This document shows positions 39,700 through 51,784 of a stretch of DNA of 64,000 nucleotides, piece after piece (the stretch's first letter is position 1; every line of letters starts with the position of its first letter). Where the stretch lies: positions 35,380,166-35,444,165 of the forward strand of contig JAHRHZ010000018.1 of assembly GCA_024137785.1 (NCBI GenBank), written 5' to 3'. The position numbers were made by a program, and so were the translations under genes. Origin of the DNA: Ginglymostoma cirratum. Lineage: Eukaryota. Below the pieces are notes generated by a model that did not search any database, was not told the origin of the DNA, and worked only from the letters and a program-made list of their open reading frames with translations.

Positions 39700-40380
39700 A
39701 ATGATGAATAGCTGAGAACCTAAACATGTCACATGATGCTTTAATAGAATTACACTCATCCAATCTTCTGCTTTCAACATCTTGCTGTCACAATTGACCA
39801 TGAACTGAACTCAAATGCCATGGCTAGCAAAGTAAGCCAGGTTAAATTTTCTGAAACAAGTGATTCATCAAATCCTTTCAAATGCCTAGAAAACAAAAGA
39901 CAGATGAGTAATGCTGTACTGTCCAATGATTTGGATGGATGCAGCAGCACAACATTCAAGAAGTTCAATGCCACCCAGTTCACTTGATTAGAGCTTTATC
40001 CTACAGCTCCTCTACCATCAGTATATTCTGGCTACCCTACGTATAATCATCAGAATGCAGTGTGATAACTTGCCAAGACTTCTTCAGCATACATCTCAAA
40101 CTAGCTACGTCCATCATCCAGAAGAACAAGAACAATACATTGATGGGTACGCTAGTATCTCTAAGATCTCCAGCAAATCACATCATCCTGACTTTGATTA
40201 ATAATGCCATTCCTTCATTGTTGTAGGGTCAAACTTATATTTTCTACCTAACAACATTGTGGCAGCACCTTCGGCTCAAACGTGGCTGTAGTTCAAAAAG
40301 GCAGCCACTATCACCTTCTCAGGACAGCTGGCAAACAACAATAAATCCTAACATTGCCAGCAATGGCCACATCCTGAAAC
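39700..40380 (+). mobile_element. Old copy of the CR1/L2-group LINE seen at 20660-21965
   Basis: tggatggatgcagcagcacaacattcaagaagttcaatgccacccag ... gttcaaaaaggcagccactatcaccttctcaggacagctgg...ataaat..cattgccagcaatggccacatcc parallels its 3' half. Confidence 0.75.
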
Positions 40381-41655
40381 TGTCCAAAGATGCATAATGT
40401 CTTACCACAGGCTGTTTTTTGAAGAATTAATGGGATCTAAACAATGATTGTTCAAATTGACTGCCCTAAGAGCAAGAAATAATGCAACTGAACTATCCAA
40501 ATGAACATGAGATTTGTCAATTAGCAATAAAGGCTAGAACATACTAAATGTAAGGAAGACACTTGGGTGGCCATATTCAGTTGAGACTGGATTGTTACTT
40601 TTATTCATTCAAATTAACACTTTTTTTTGTTTGGAAGCCACATAAATTTTACCTACAACAGGAAGCCACTAAAAGGCCTAGGCAATCATTGTCAGAGAAA
40701 TAAACAGACTTCTAAAGTTGTTAGAAATATGGAGAACAGTAAAAACAAAAGGATAATCCTAAAAGGTGGGGCTAAATCTATCCTTTAACCTGACACCAGT
40801 TTCTGGAAAAACCCCTTTTTCATGAGTCAACTGGTTAAAGCATTTTGGTTTTGAAAACAATATTATATAGATACTTTCTGATTAAAAATACATTTTAATT
40901 GAATAGCATTTGTTTACTTTACTGAATTAAATACCTTGAAAGTAAATATTGTACTTGAGTTTATTCTGTTGACTTATTTTGTTATTGTGACTTCTTTCCC
41001 TTTTCTTTTCTCTCTTTCCCTCTCTCACAACAAAAGGCTTACATCTTTCTTATTTGATACCAACTTGAAGAAGCTATTTTTGCAGCTAATCAAGAGACTA
41101 AAACATGCGAATTAACCCGAAGAGATAATTAAAGTTTCCTGATCAGACTTTTGAAACGAAAAACGTGACTGGTTAAAATGGGAAAGTTGACCATGCAATC
41201 CTGGTAACCTGGTAACCTTTAAGTTATTACACTGTGTACTCTACCAGCATCAGTAAAAATATTTGACTGTGGCTGCGAAGTTTTAAAGCTGCCAGGCGAA
41301 GGCTCTGCCTAAATATGAACAGGGTTGGATTATTATTTTTGCCTGTTTTTCAGGACAGAGCGCTATATCATTAGGACGCCCTTATGTTCCGCTGAGTTAG
41401 AAACCATATTAAAGTAACTACAAAATGGTTCACAGAAGAGGAGAGACCTGCAGACAGTTTGATGAGGAATGTAAGAAGAACAGACAAATCTAACTGAGTG
41501 AATTAAACTATTCCATGATACACCAGAATAAACATGATGCACAGTGACAAAATAATAAATATTTTCTAAAATGCACATACTGCTTCCCAGATCAATGTTT
41601 TTTTCCGCACAACGAGGAAGCATAGGCTTGGTTCTGACAGATTAATTCATTGGTA

Positions 41656-41671
41656 CCGACAGGGGGCACTA
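41656..41671 (+). promoter_or_regulatory. CTCF-like motif
   Basis: CCGACAGGGGGCACTA versus consensus CCACCAGGGGGCGCTA. Confidence 0.6.
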
Positions 41672-44600
41672 GCCCCGATCGCCGCCCCCAAACTCACACG
41701 TTCACATATCAACTTCTACTTCAGGCAGACCTGACACTGAGAAGCCTGCGTCATTTTTAGATGAGACAGTCTCTCAAGAGCTTGATGAGACACCCATCCC
41801 ATGTTCGCCTGTTTCTACCCCCCTTCCCTCCACCTTTGTGTGGTGTTTTTGAGAGGTGACCTGGTGCAGTGCACTGCTAAAGTTTTAAGGTCTCCTTTGG
41901 CTTAGACAAAATTCAAAGCTCGGGACCCAGTTTCCCTTTTCTTGCCAGTTCCTTGCAGAACTATTGCGTGCAAAAGTGATGAAACTGGAGCATCTGGTTA
42001 TGGGGAGGAGGGGGAACGGACAAGTTTTTGTTTCTCTAATCCTGCAGTTCATATATGACCTTCGGAAATTATACAACAATATTAATGTTAAACTGTAAGC
42101 AAATAAATTTGTACAATTACCTGTTTTGATTTTATGCTAGATGTAGTTTCTTTTTAGATATCCAGAATCCTAATTCGATGTTATTTTGTCTTTGTAAAAC
42201 AATCTAAAATACAGGCAAATGACAGACATTGGTATGACCTTCCCAACACTACAACCTAGATATTTCAAAGATAACATTAAACAAGCAGGACATGATTGTT
42301 CCATGGCTGAAGTGAGTTTTATTTAAATTTGCACCAAAGTATTTTCTATCAAGGTACCGAAACAAAGCGGTCCCGTACTACATTGCCCCCACGGCATCTG
42401 AAATGAACATGAAACAACTGAACGTACAGTGCTCCACTGAGTGGTTAATGCCTATCTGGACTAACATGAATAATTTTACAGACAGCGAATTGTCCTTAAC
42501 TGGCATAACTGATTTGGACTTGTATATGAATCTTGACATCTGAAGGAGAATGTTTCACACCACTGCTCTGACAACCTTATAACTTACACTTTTTTTTGTC
42601 ATGGTGTAATGATTAACAATACTGGCTCCACCGACTTGGCCCGGTTGTTTATTTGCTCCACAGCTCGAACCTGTTTCTTTCCTTTTGTTCCCTTCCGTTT
42701 GTGATCGTCATACGAGCACACGAGTGTTATTTTCCAAGTAATAGACGCAAACTATCCAGATACTATCTGAGCGTTTTGTAACCATTTTGTGGCTAGAAGG
42801 CAAAGCTAGCAGGGGAGTTACTATTGAAGCTCTGGCACGGTCATATTTCTGCTTGAGACAGTTAGTTGGAATGTCAGTATATCCATTTTAAAAAGAAAAG
42901 CTTCCAACTTGTTGATACCTTGTGCCAATGTGACTGAATCTTGCATCAAACTCCTTTGTGCATGTTTTGATTCAACTTTTAACCTCTGGCCTCTGTTGCC
43001 TTGGTAACGATGGCAATGCTTAGCTCGCTCATCAAACACAAAATAATTGAAATATATGCCACGTTATCAAAATAAAATTCATTAAATAAACACCAGGATC
43101 TATAAAGCGGGGTGAAACACAGACAGATCAAGACCTGTACAAGCTTCAGACGAGATAAGCTACAGACTTACTGTGTTTACTGGATGTAATCTGTGTATTT
43201 TAGTTATTTGACCAACTGTAGGTGCATCGGGACACTGATGGGGAAGATGTGGTAACTTAAAGAACCGAGTTGCCTTTTAGCTCGAAGCAGTACTGCTTGT
43301 GCACCGGACAAATAACGTCAGGTGCCTCCTCCAGGAATGACCCTGGTTCGGACTATAGTTGCACTGTCACACCAAGTGGAAAAGTAAGGATATTACTGGT
43401 GTCAATTTCCTCACACTGAGCTGCAGTATCCTTGTATCTATCCATCAGTGCTATTTGCCTTTCCCTGCTATCAGCTCTCAGTCTCGGTGCGCGTTTATCT
43501 AATCTGCCGCTGCTTAGATGTATTGTAAAAATATCCTTCATTATAATTTTTCATATCTTTGCACGCCAGCGCAGCAGCAAGCATTGTTCGAGAAATGTTC
43601 CAATTGCGCAATGAATTTTCTTTAAATCGTGTTTTACAATTGAACATAATGTCGAGACTATTTGTGCCGTAAGCGTTTTACGTTTTACATTGTCCTTCCC
43701 TCTAAAAATTCTTCTAAGTTCCCGAGCCCTAGTTTCCAACTTTCCTTCAGCGGCGCTAAGCGCAGCTTCGAGCCCAACTATCGGTGTCTCGTGTCATTGT
43801 AGATCCTTTGACAGGACAAGGCAGAGAAACACGTTAATGATTAGACAAAACAAAAAAAAACTTTAGAACTTTATTTTATATAAATATGATAAACTAACAG
43901 GATGCTAGGCACAGTTTCAATACTTTTACAAGGAAATTGGAGGTCACTATTCTTTGTCTTTTGAAATATTGCGGAATCATCGGAAGGTAACCCTCCATCT
44001 CTGCTGTCCCTATAACATCGAAACATCTTATACGTCGTTTAAATGAACCGCAGTACCTTCAAAGGCATATGTTTTCAACCGAAATTTTAGATCGTTTTCG
44101 GGCACGTTCGTTTTGTTTAGAAGTTGTAAGTTACTTTGCCAGAGCCAGGACTACAAGTTTTGATACCTCCTATTTGTCACTGTTTAGAGACAAGTGTTCA
44201 TTTGGGGTAATAAATTGCACGAATGCCTTTCAAATTAATGCTGGTCTGCGGATTTTTGCACCATAAGAGGTAAAAGCTACTCGGTAATTTCTACAAATCC
44301 ATAAAATGTAAATGGTGAACATTGCGAGACTGGGACACCAGGCAACATTCAGGATACCGCAGGCTCGCAATTATTGTAAGGAATGGTTCATAATCACGAT
44401 TTGCCCCAAGCTTCATTATGGGAGAAATGTTTTGAATGTTACTGTGCCAGGAAAGGCATATATAAATATTACATGTTGTTTGCTTAACTCATGTTGGTGC
44501 AACAAATGCTTCAGGCTCTGCGAAATATACCAGGCTGTTGATTTGAAACTTTGAATGCGATGTTTCTTTTGTGCCTTGCAGGAAGCGAACATATTCCATC

Positions 44601-47600
44601 TTATGCCAGCAATATAGAAAGGAACTTATATAACCAAATTTAAAGTTAGAACATGTTAAGGTTTAAATATTAACTCCGTGTCTCTCTCTGAAGGGCTAAA
44701 CGTGAGGTTTAATATTTGGGTAGTGCCACGCTGTACCACAGAGAAAAATTGCTGAACTTCAGATTTTAATCAAGCTTTAACGACAAATTGGAGATCGGAA
44801 CTTTGGGAATGAAACTACCACACTTTCCACATTTTGCCACATGCTTTATGCATTTAAGTGTCACAAATCCACTAACTCTCGCAGAGAAACAAGTTTGGCA
44901 AACATTGTTGTCATGTGTTTAGTAATGCAGATTGAATTCTAACGAAGAGGATTGTCAACAGAAAAGTTTCCACGGTGTCTCCAAGCAGAAATATTCACCT
45001 AGTTTTGCATTAAGCGTATTTTAACTAATATATATCATAATTAATCGCATACTGCCTCCTTTAGCATCTACACTCCCATTACATTACTGCCAAGTACCAT
45101 ATGAGAAATGTTTTTGCAAATTGTAATTTGTGACTAATGCATCAAGTCTTCCTCTCAGTGTGTTCCCTGTCTCCGCAAACCGGATATCTATTTCCTGCTT
45201 CAACTGAAGTTCTTTGCTGTTATCTTTTGGCTACCTTCAAGGCTCCGTCCAAATTTCAAAAGCTCTCAGATGATACTTTCTACTTTACCTAACGCATTTT
45301 CTCTAGCCTTGGACTGTACATTTCGTCCAATATCAATCGACGTTCCAGACCTGTATCATTCCAAAAATAAATCAATGCTTCCGCTTTACGTTCCTCAAAG
45401 TATACAATTTTCTGTATTCTACCAGAGAAAGGGTAAGAAAAAAACATTTCTTTTCTGACCCCAATATCTTTAAGCTACGATAAGTTTTGTAATTGTGATT
45501 TCTAAATCACGGATATTGTTCGAAATAATTACTGCCGAAGTGATGGTATTAACGCTGGCCCCTGTGCCGAAGGTACAGGTTTTCGATGTCTTCATCTCTG
45601 AAACGCGTTTATTGCAAGGTTAATGGTTCAAACAATCTAGGTACTTCACATCAATATTTTATCTGTCTTAATTAATATCTTCTTTGAACCAAATGCCCGA
45701 TGAAGGGTACAACAACCCTAAACCAGCACCGTACAAAACAATGTGTACAGATTTCATCTTAAGGTCACTTATCGGTGTTATAGATGTGCTCAACAAACTA
45801 ATTTGCAAAATTCAAAGGTACGTTTTGATCTGGAGCCTTGCTGTTTCTCACTGATCCGTACAGGTAGGAAGACGCTTTGTGAGCCTAGTTGCTTCCCTTT
45901 CTTTGAAACAATGTGCCCTGTTTTCTTATAACGCTATTGCATCTGGTGGTGAACTCCCACCATTGAAGTCAACGAAGACAAAAACAACACTTTGAGGATC
46001 TAATCAGTCTCATACCTGCACCTAAGCCTTTTACAGCACGCTCGTCTGCTTGGACATTGTGCTGGCCTTTCAGCGGTATGCCCTATTGTACTTCCAGAAG
46101 CACTATCTGGCCAACGTGTGTCACTGAAGAGTTAATGGGCAAAGGAATGAAGGCAGTGAGGGCATCATATACTGTGAAGCGGGTTTTATTTCGCCATACT
46201 GTTAGTTTAGGAGTCTAGTGACAACATAGTAGTCTTGTAAGTTATTCACTGATAAACATGTGCTACGATAAATGGTGCTTAAGAAAATAAACTTGACTAA
46301 ACATTTGACTAAAAATGTCTGAAATCCTCCACGCATGTGAACCTCTTTACGTAGTCTTTCTAAGACAGAAAACCGCAGATTTGCGGGAAATTCCTTATTT
46401 GTTTTGATATTATCCTTTCTGAAAGTGGTAACAGGATCTGAGCGTGTGTGGGAGCTGAGAGAACTATGGAATAACGCAGGCTAATGTTTCTAGGTGGGGG
46501 TTGTACAATCCACAATCATCTGCAGCTGGGCAGCATTTATATCTTCAAATTTGAAGAGACAACATCTTTTCAAAATTGAAGTTGACCCAATTGTTTCACT
46601 AGTTACAGTAAGTTATATGGAAGATAACGTCTCTTTATGTGGCATAGAATTAATGTCAATTTTGTAAAAGCAGCCGAACGTTCCGAGGATACTTTAAAAT
46701 AGCATTTTTAAAATAACTACCAGTGTTGTGATTTCCCAGGCCGTATTACTGATGTTACAAAATATAAATAATAAATTCAGCTATAATAGAGATTGATCTT
46801 CGGTCGGGACGGAACGGGGAACGTTTGCATATAAAATTATTGATTTTATTCCCAATTATCCCGTTCAGGTAAAGGTGAGTCTTCTCGTCAGCAAAATAGT
46901 TAAAAGTTAGTAGGCATTAGAATGTTCAAGGGGAGAGGGGGAAGTTGATAAATTAGTCTTCAACTTTTAAGTCATATACATGAGTTTTCAAAGCCAGCCT
47001 TGCAGACGGATTAATGCAGATCCTTTGTTATTATTTTATGGGGCATGAGATTGGAAATGTATGCACTGCAGAAACAGACTGATGGACATAAATCAAACGC
47101 TGATTTCTAGTCATATCACCCCTTTAAAACGCCTGGAAAGCCTTTCGAGTCGAAAGGGAAAGGAAATAACCTGTAATTCTCCATATAGAAACAGGCGGAT
47201 GCTTCACACAAATCTGCAAGTCGTCTTTGTAATGTAGCATTGATGTCACAAGCGCATTCTTTTTAAGACAAAAACGCACCGCATATGTGTAAAACAGGGA
47301 GGCCGATGAGATGTCGGCGAGAGCGCAGAGCAGTCCGCCAGAACACAAGATTTTGCCTTTTCCCAACTCCAGCATTCAAATCACATCGCTAATTCATGAG
47401 TAGTCATACGCAAGGCATTCCGCCGAACATCACATAATCTAAACAGTTAGAGCAATATGCAGAAAAAAGAGTCAAACTAATCCGCAAAACACTAGTAAAG
47501 CGCAGTACGTTTATTTCAGAGTAAAATTAATTAGTACTATGGGTAACAGACATTTAAACTATTTAAATAAATGAGCTGCAGTATTGTAATACAAGAATAG

Positions 47601-48081
47601 GCAATTGCTCTTAAGCCTTAATCTTGCAAAAGAAGACGCAGAGAAAAGATACCGGAATCAGTCATTTTTCTCTTGATAACAACACCTTTCCCAAAATGGG
47701 AGATTTTTTTTTCTAACAGATCAAAATATAGCAATGTGCACGTTCCTACCGTAAGTTTTAAATGCTGAAAACATGCACAGATTTCTGTCAATTTTCCTAT
47801 CATTACAGTTGGGGATACTCTTCTCAGGTGTAACGGACTGGCGCTCTGAGATAAATAGCAAATCCTTCGCCCTACAGGTTTGCTGCGTGGATCTGCCTGG
47901 GGCTCTCTCTCCCGCTTTCTCTTCCCTCACCCCCACTCCCCCCCCCAACCCTCGACATACACACACACACACACCTATCTATCTTCGCACATTCTGTTTC
48001 TCTCTCTACTTGAAGGGGGGGCTCATGCGCAAAATTACGCATTCTTCTCTCATTTGTTCCTGGTATCAATCAAAAAGTTGG

Positions 48082-48254
48082 CTATTTATAGGCTACAGAA
48101 CATGGGATGGTAATAGTGATCTCCCCCTCTCTGTCTGTCCTGAAGTTGTTAAGTGGTCAGGTTGAGTGCAGCTATTTGGCCATTTGCTATTGCTGAGTCC
48201 AGGAGGAAGGTCCCAAGCTGTGATTAACTCAATCTCACTGCAGCCACTAACCAT
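48082..48254 (+). promoter_or_regulatory. MEF2/TATA-like element with candidate first exon
   Basis: CTATTTATAG (48082-48091) fits CTA(A/T)4TAG; donor CAT|GTGAGT at 48254/48255. Confidence 0.55.
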
Positions 48255-49364
48255 GTGAGTACCTAAATCATTATATCTGGGCTCCAAATATCATATTGTT
48301 CCATATGACTTTCACAATATGTATATGGTGAAGCTATTTTCCTGCATTTTTGTAGATGCGCCTTAAAGCTCAATATGTAGCGAATTTATTCCCGCGTCTT
48401 ACTATTTTGATAAATGTGTCACCTAGCAATTTTTCACTTGGAGGAAGCAAGATAATGCATCTTTTATAGATGGAAGGCATGTTAGATGTCTCTGTATCCG
48501 CCGTGCTCTCTAGATAGGATATGATGAAGGTTGTTGTTATGTGAAATTGCAGTGGAATTACTCAATATTCGATTTTTTTTATTTCTCGTCGGTAAAAGCA
48601 GTAAAACTGTTGTGTGCATTGTGAGGGAGGTCATCCTTCTGAATTAAATTCGCGAAGAAACAGAATGGGATGGGAATTTGCAGTTTTATAAATTACGTAT
48701 TTGTCGCCATCACAGTGGATGTATTCACGGACAGTGGTTACAGATTGCTACGTGACAAATAAATACATCTACTCTGTAAAGCTGATTTCGATGTACTAAA
48801 TCAAGTGCAGGAATGCAACTTATGCTGCTGAGGTGCTATCGAACAGTAATATAAGACGTTTCTTGCTGCTTGAACGCAATCTGCAACCTCTGTTCGCGCA
48901 TTTGTAAACTGCAAAGGTGAATTCAATTCACGTGTTTCATTACCCGTCTCATCTATCAAACATCCCCAAATTCTAAATTGAGCCCCCCGATTATTTTCAA
49001 AGTTCCAAAGCGAGCAATATAGGTTAGATCGCCGCGACAAGTTAAATACCAGTAATTAGTGGTCGCGATGTACGACCTTTTTTTTACGATGAATTGCTTT
49101 TTTTGGCAATGATTATTACCACGGAAAGTTGAAACGGTAAACGGTTTGAAAAGTACTCAAGGCCAGGTCACAAACTCTTCTTACCGGACCGCACAAAACA
49201 ATAGCTAAAGCGTTCAAACTTAGTTTTAGACGCGACTTCAGTGATTACACAGACTGCTCCCATGGGCTACTTTAAATTGGCGTTTGCCGCTATTTCGGCT
49301 ATATGCGCCGGGTCCTGGTTAATACAAAATAAACATGGATATGAGAGTAAACTGAACCACACCG

Positions 49365-49657
49365 TCGCTGATAAGTCACTGATAAGAGGGATAGCTCTGC
49401 TAAATAACGCATGACGGATTGACGCCATTCTAAGATCATTTTGATAACATCACTTTCTTCCTAAGATCAGCTTTCTGATACCCAGCATCTATCATTGTTC
49501 GCGCAATGGCATTCCTGATTTAAACACACACACACACAAACACACAATCACAAGATCGGGATTTGCCTTCTTCAAAATAAAATCAAGCTGCCAGTCTCTG
49601 ACTGTACCTGGACATTAGATACCAGATGAAGTGAGAACTCTGTCAACCAATATGTAG
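49365..49657 (+). promoter_or_regulatory. GATA-site cluster with candidate first exon
   Basis: CTGATAAG-TCA-CTGATAAG, further GATA cores to ~49495, (CA)n, and donor TAG|GTGAGT at 49657/49658. Confidence 0.55.
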
Positions 49658-49789
49658 GTGAGTTGTTTTTTTTTTGTTTTTTTTTAAATTGACATATTGA
49701 TCGGCGAACCGCTTCTAGGATTAATCATGGTTTCTTTTTTTTTGTTGTTGTAAAAATAAAGACGGAAAACGCTGCAACTGCACGTTTGT

Positions 49790-50990
49790 TATCACCCCTG
49801 GAGCACCGCCAGTGCCGGGAGATTGTGAATTTGCTCCCGTCTGTTGCAACTTGTCATTGATAAAACAAGCCGGGGATGACGCTCTGGGTCACGCTGAGTA
49901 CGGACGGGCGCATTGCCGAGCGGGTGTGTGCCGATCACATGGCCGCTCTGCCATACGGCTCTTCAATCCACAAAGCACAATATCACCGCTTTAAATCACA
50001 CAGGCGTTGAGGGCCCGCCGAAATCCCGACCCCCGCTGGCCGGCAAATCAAGAGCCGCCGGCCCCCCTCCTCACCCACACAACACCCCCTCCCCCCTTTA
50101 GACTCCGAGAGTTACCGGTTCCCAGGAAAGGGAGGCGTGTGTGTTGTAAAGAGGGTTGCAGCGCTTCCGAACCCCGTGGACATTAAAGCGAAAGTAGCCG
50201 GCTTCCATTTACTTTAAACTACCACATAAACCCCGGTACCAGCTCTCGATCTGATAGGGAGGTTGTCCAAGGTAATCGTAAATCAGTCACATATTTGCTA
50301 AAACGTGCAGTTTTTTCTGACAGTCTCCGATTGCGATTTTATTAAAGCGCCTGTGAAGCGGCTGATATTGAGCTGAGGGTTACCCTTGCAGAAGGTTGCA
50401 ACTGAGCAGCGACCTCAGCTTTTAAAGTTCCTTCTATTCTTTCCTAGAGCAGCCTCGGTCGCTGCAACAAGAGGGGGGGCGATGATGTAGAATGATCATT
50501 TGCAGGTCTTGTCCTGGAAATAGATGATAGGTTTGACAGCTGATCCACTGTAGGCCTGGAGATCCTGGCGCGTCAGTTGCATTTTTTTTTGCTTGCTTGG
50601 TTCAGTTTTGTTGTGACCACATGGGGTTGGTGGTAGGAAGCACGTTACGTGCTGGAGATCGTTAGTTCCTGACCATATACAGTTTGTGTGTGTGTGTATG
50701 AGAGAGAGAGAGAGAGGGGGTTATATACGTGGTGCGTTAGAAAGATGTGTACTGAAAAAAGAAAACAAGTGTATGTGTGTGTGTGTGTGAGTGCGAGAGA
50801 AGAGAGTCTGTGTGAGAGGGAGAAAGTCACATTGAATGCTGGGCCGGCTGCCGCAGTATCTCGGCGAGAAACAACACGATATCCTGCTGTAGTCCAAGAG
50901 ATTTAGTGGCAGTTACGCGGCGGCAGCCGAGAAAACTAAGCCATGCAGGTTAACATACGGCCCGAAACCGGCAACGTGTAACTTGTAAGC
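49790..50990 (+). promoter_or_regulatory. CpG island / main promoter region
   Basis: Highest GC and CpG density in the window; (TG)n(AG)n repeats at 50685-50716 and 50774-50788 are typical of vertebrate 5' UTRs. Strand is inferred from the downstream exon. Confidence 0.7.
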
Positions 50991-51728
50991 TGCAACAAGA
51001 TCCACGCCAGTATAGATTGCGAGTGGTTTTAGCCAAGTTGTTGTCAGTGAGAATACGCTCCTGTTATACTAGAGGCCCATTGCTTCTCAGGACGTTGCAC
51101 CAGACAGTACACAATGAAAGCTCCTAATGCAGTGCCCACGTAAAAGATTGATTGCAGATTTAACTCAGACTGAACCACTGCAATAATTACAGGCGATGCA
51201 TGCCATTGCCAGATTGTTTAATTATATATTAACACACCTTTGAGGAATACACATCTGGGGTGCAGGCCTATCAACCTGTAAGCTATCTGTGTGATGCAAC
51301 GTTAAAGCTCTAAGTTGGAAAAAAAACCTACACTTCAAATTGGGTCAGGTTTCTTGTTTACGTTGAAACAGTTTCTTGATTTGGTACGATCACATGAAAG
51401 TTGTTGAACTCGCCCTCCACTTAAACCCTCGTACTGGCACTCTTGAAATTTGATATCATTGCTTTTTAGTGTTTATAGTGACGCAGAGTCCCTGACAGTC
51501 AGATCCTCCAAATCAAGGACTCTCTGGCTTACCCACGTTGTGCCGCTGCTGGTACTTCTTCCCTACTTAAAATCAAGATCTTTCTTCGCCTTTTGAGACC
51601 CGTCCTGTTTCTCATTTTCGCCTTTTTACATATGTGTCCTCTATGCTGTGTTAGGTGTGTTACAACTCTTTAAGCAAGTTGCAGGGATATTTTCGTTAGG
51701 GTTAGCTTATTTGCTCTTTCATTCAAAG

Positions 51729-51784
51729 GTGTTACCAGCCAGCACTCTCGCTGTTAATTCCGTCACTGAGAGGATCCAGCACTG
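51729..51784 (+). other. Candidate 56-nt internal exon
   Basis: Pyrimidine tract and acceptor ttatttgctctttcattcaaAG|G; donor CTG|GTAAGT. Confidence 0.65.
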
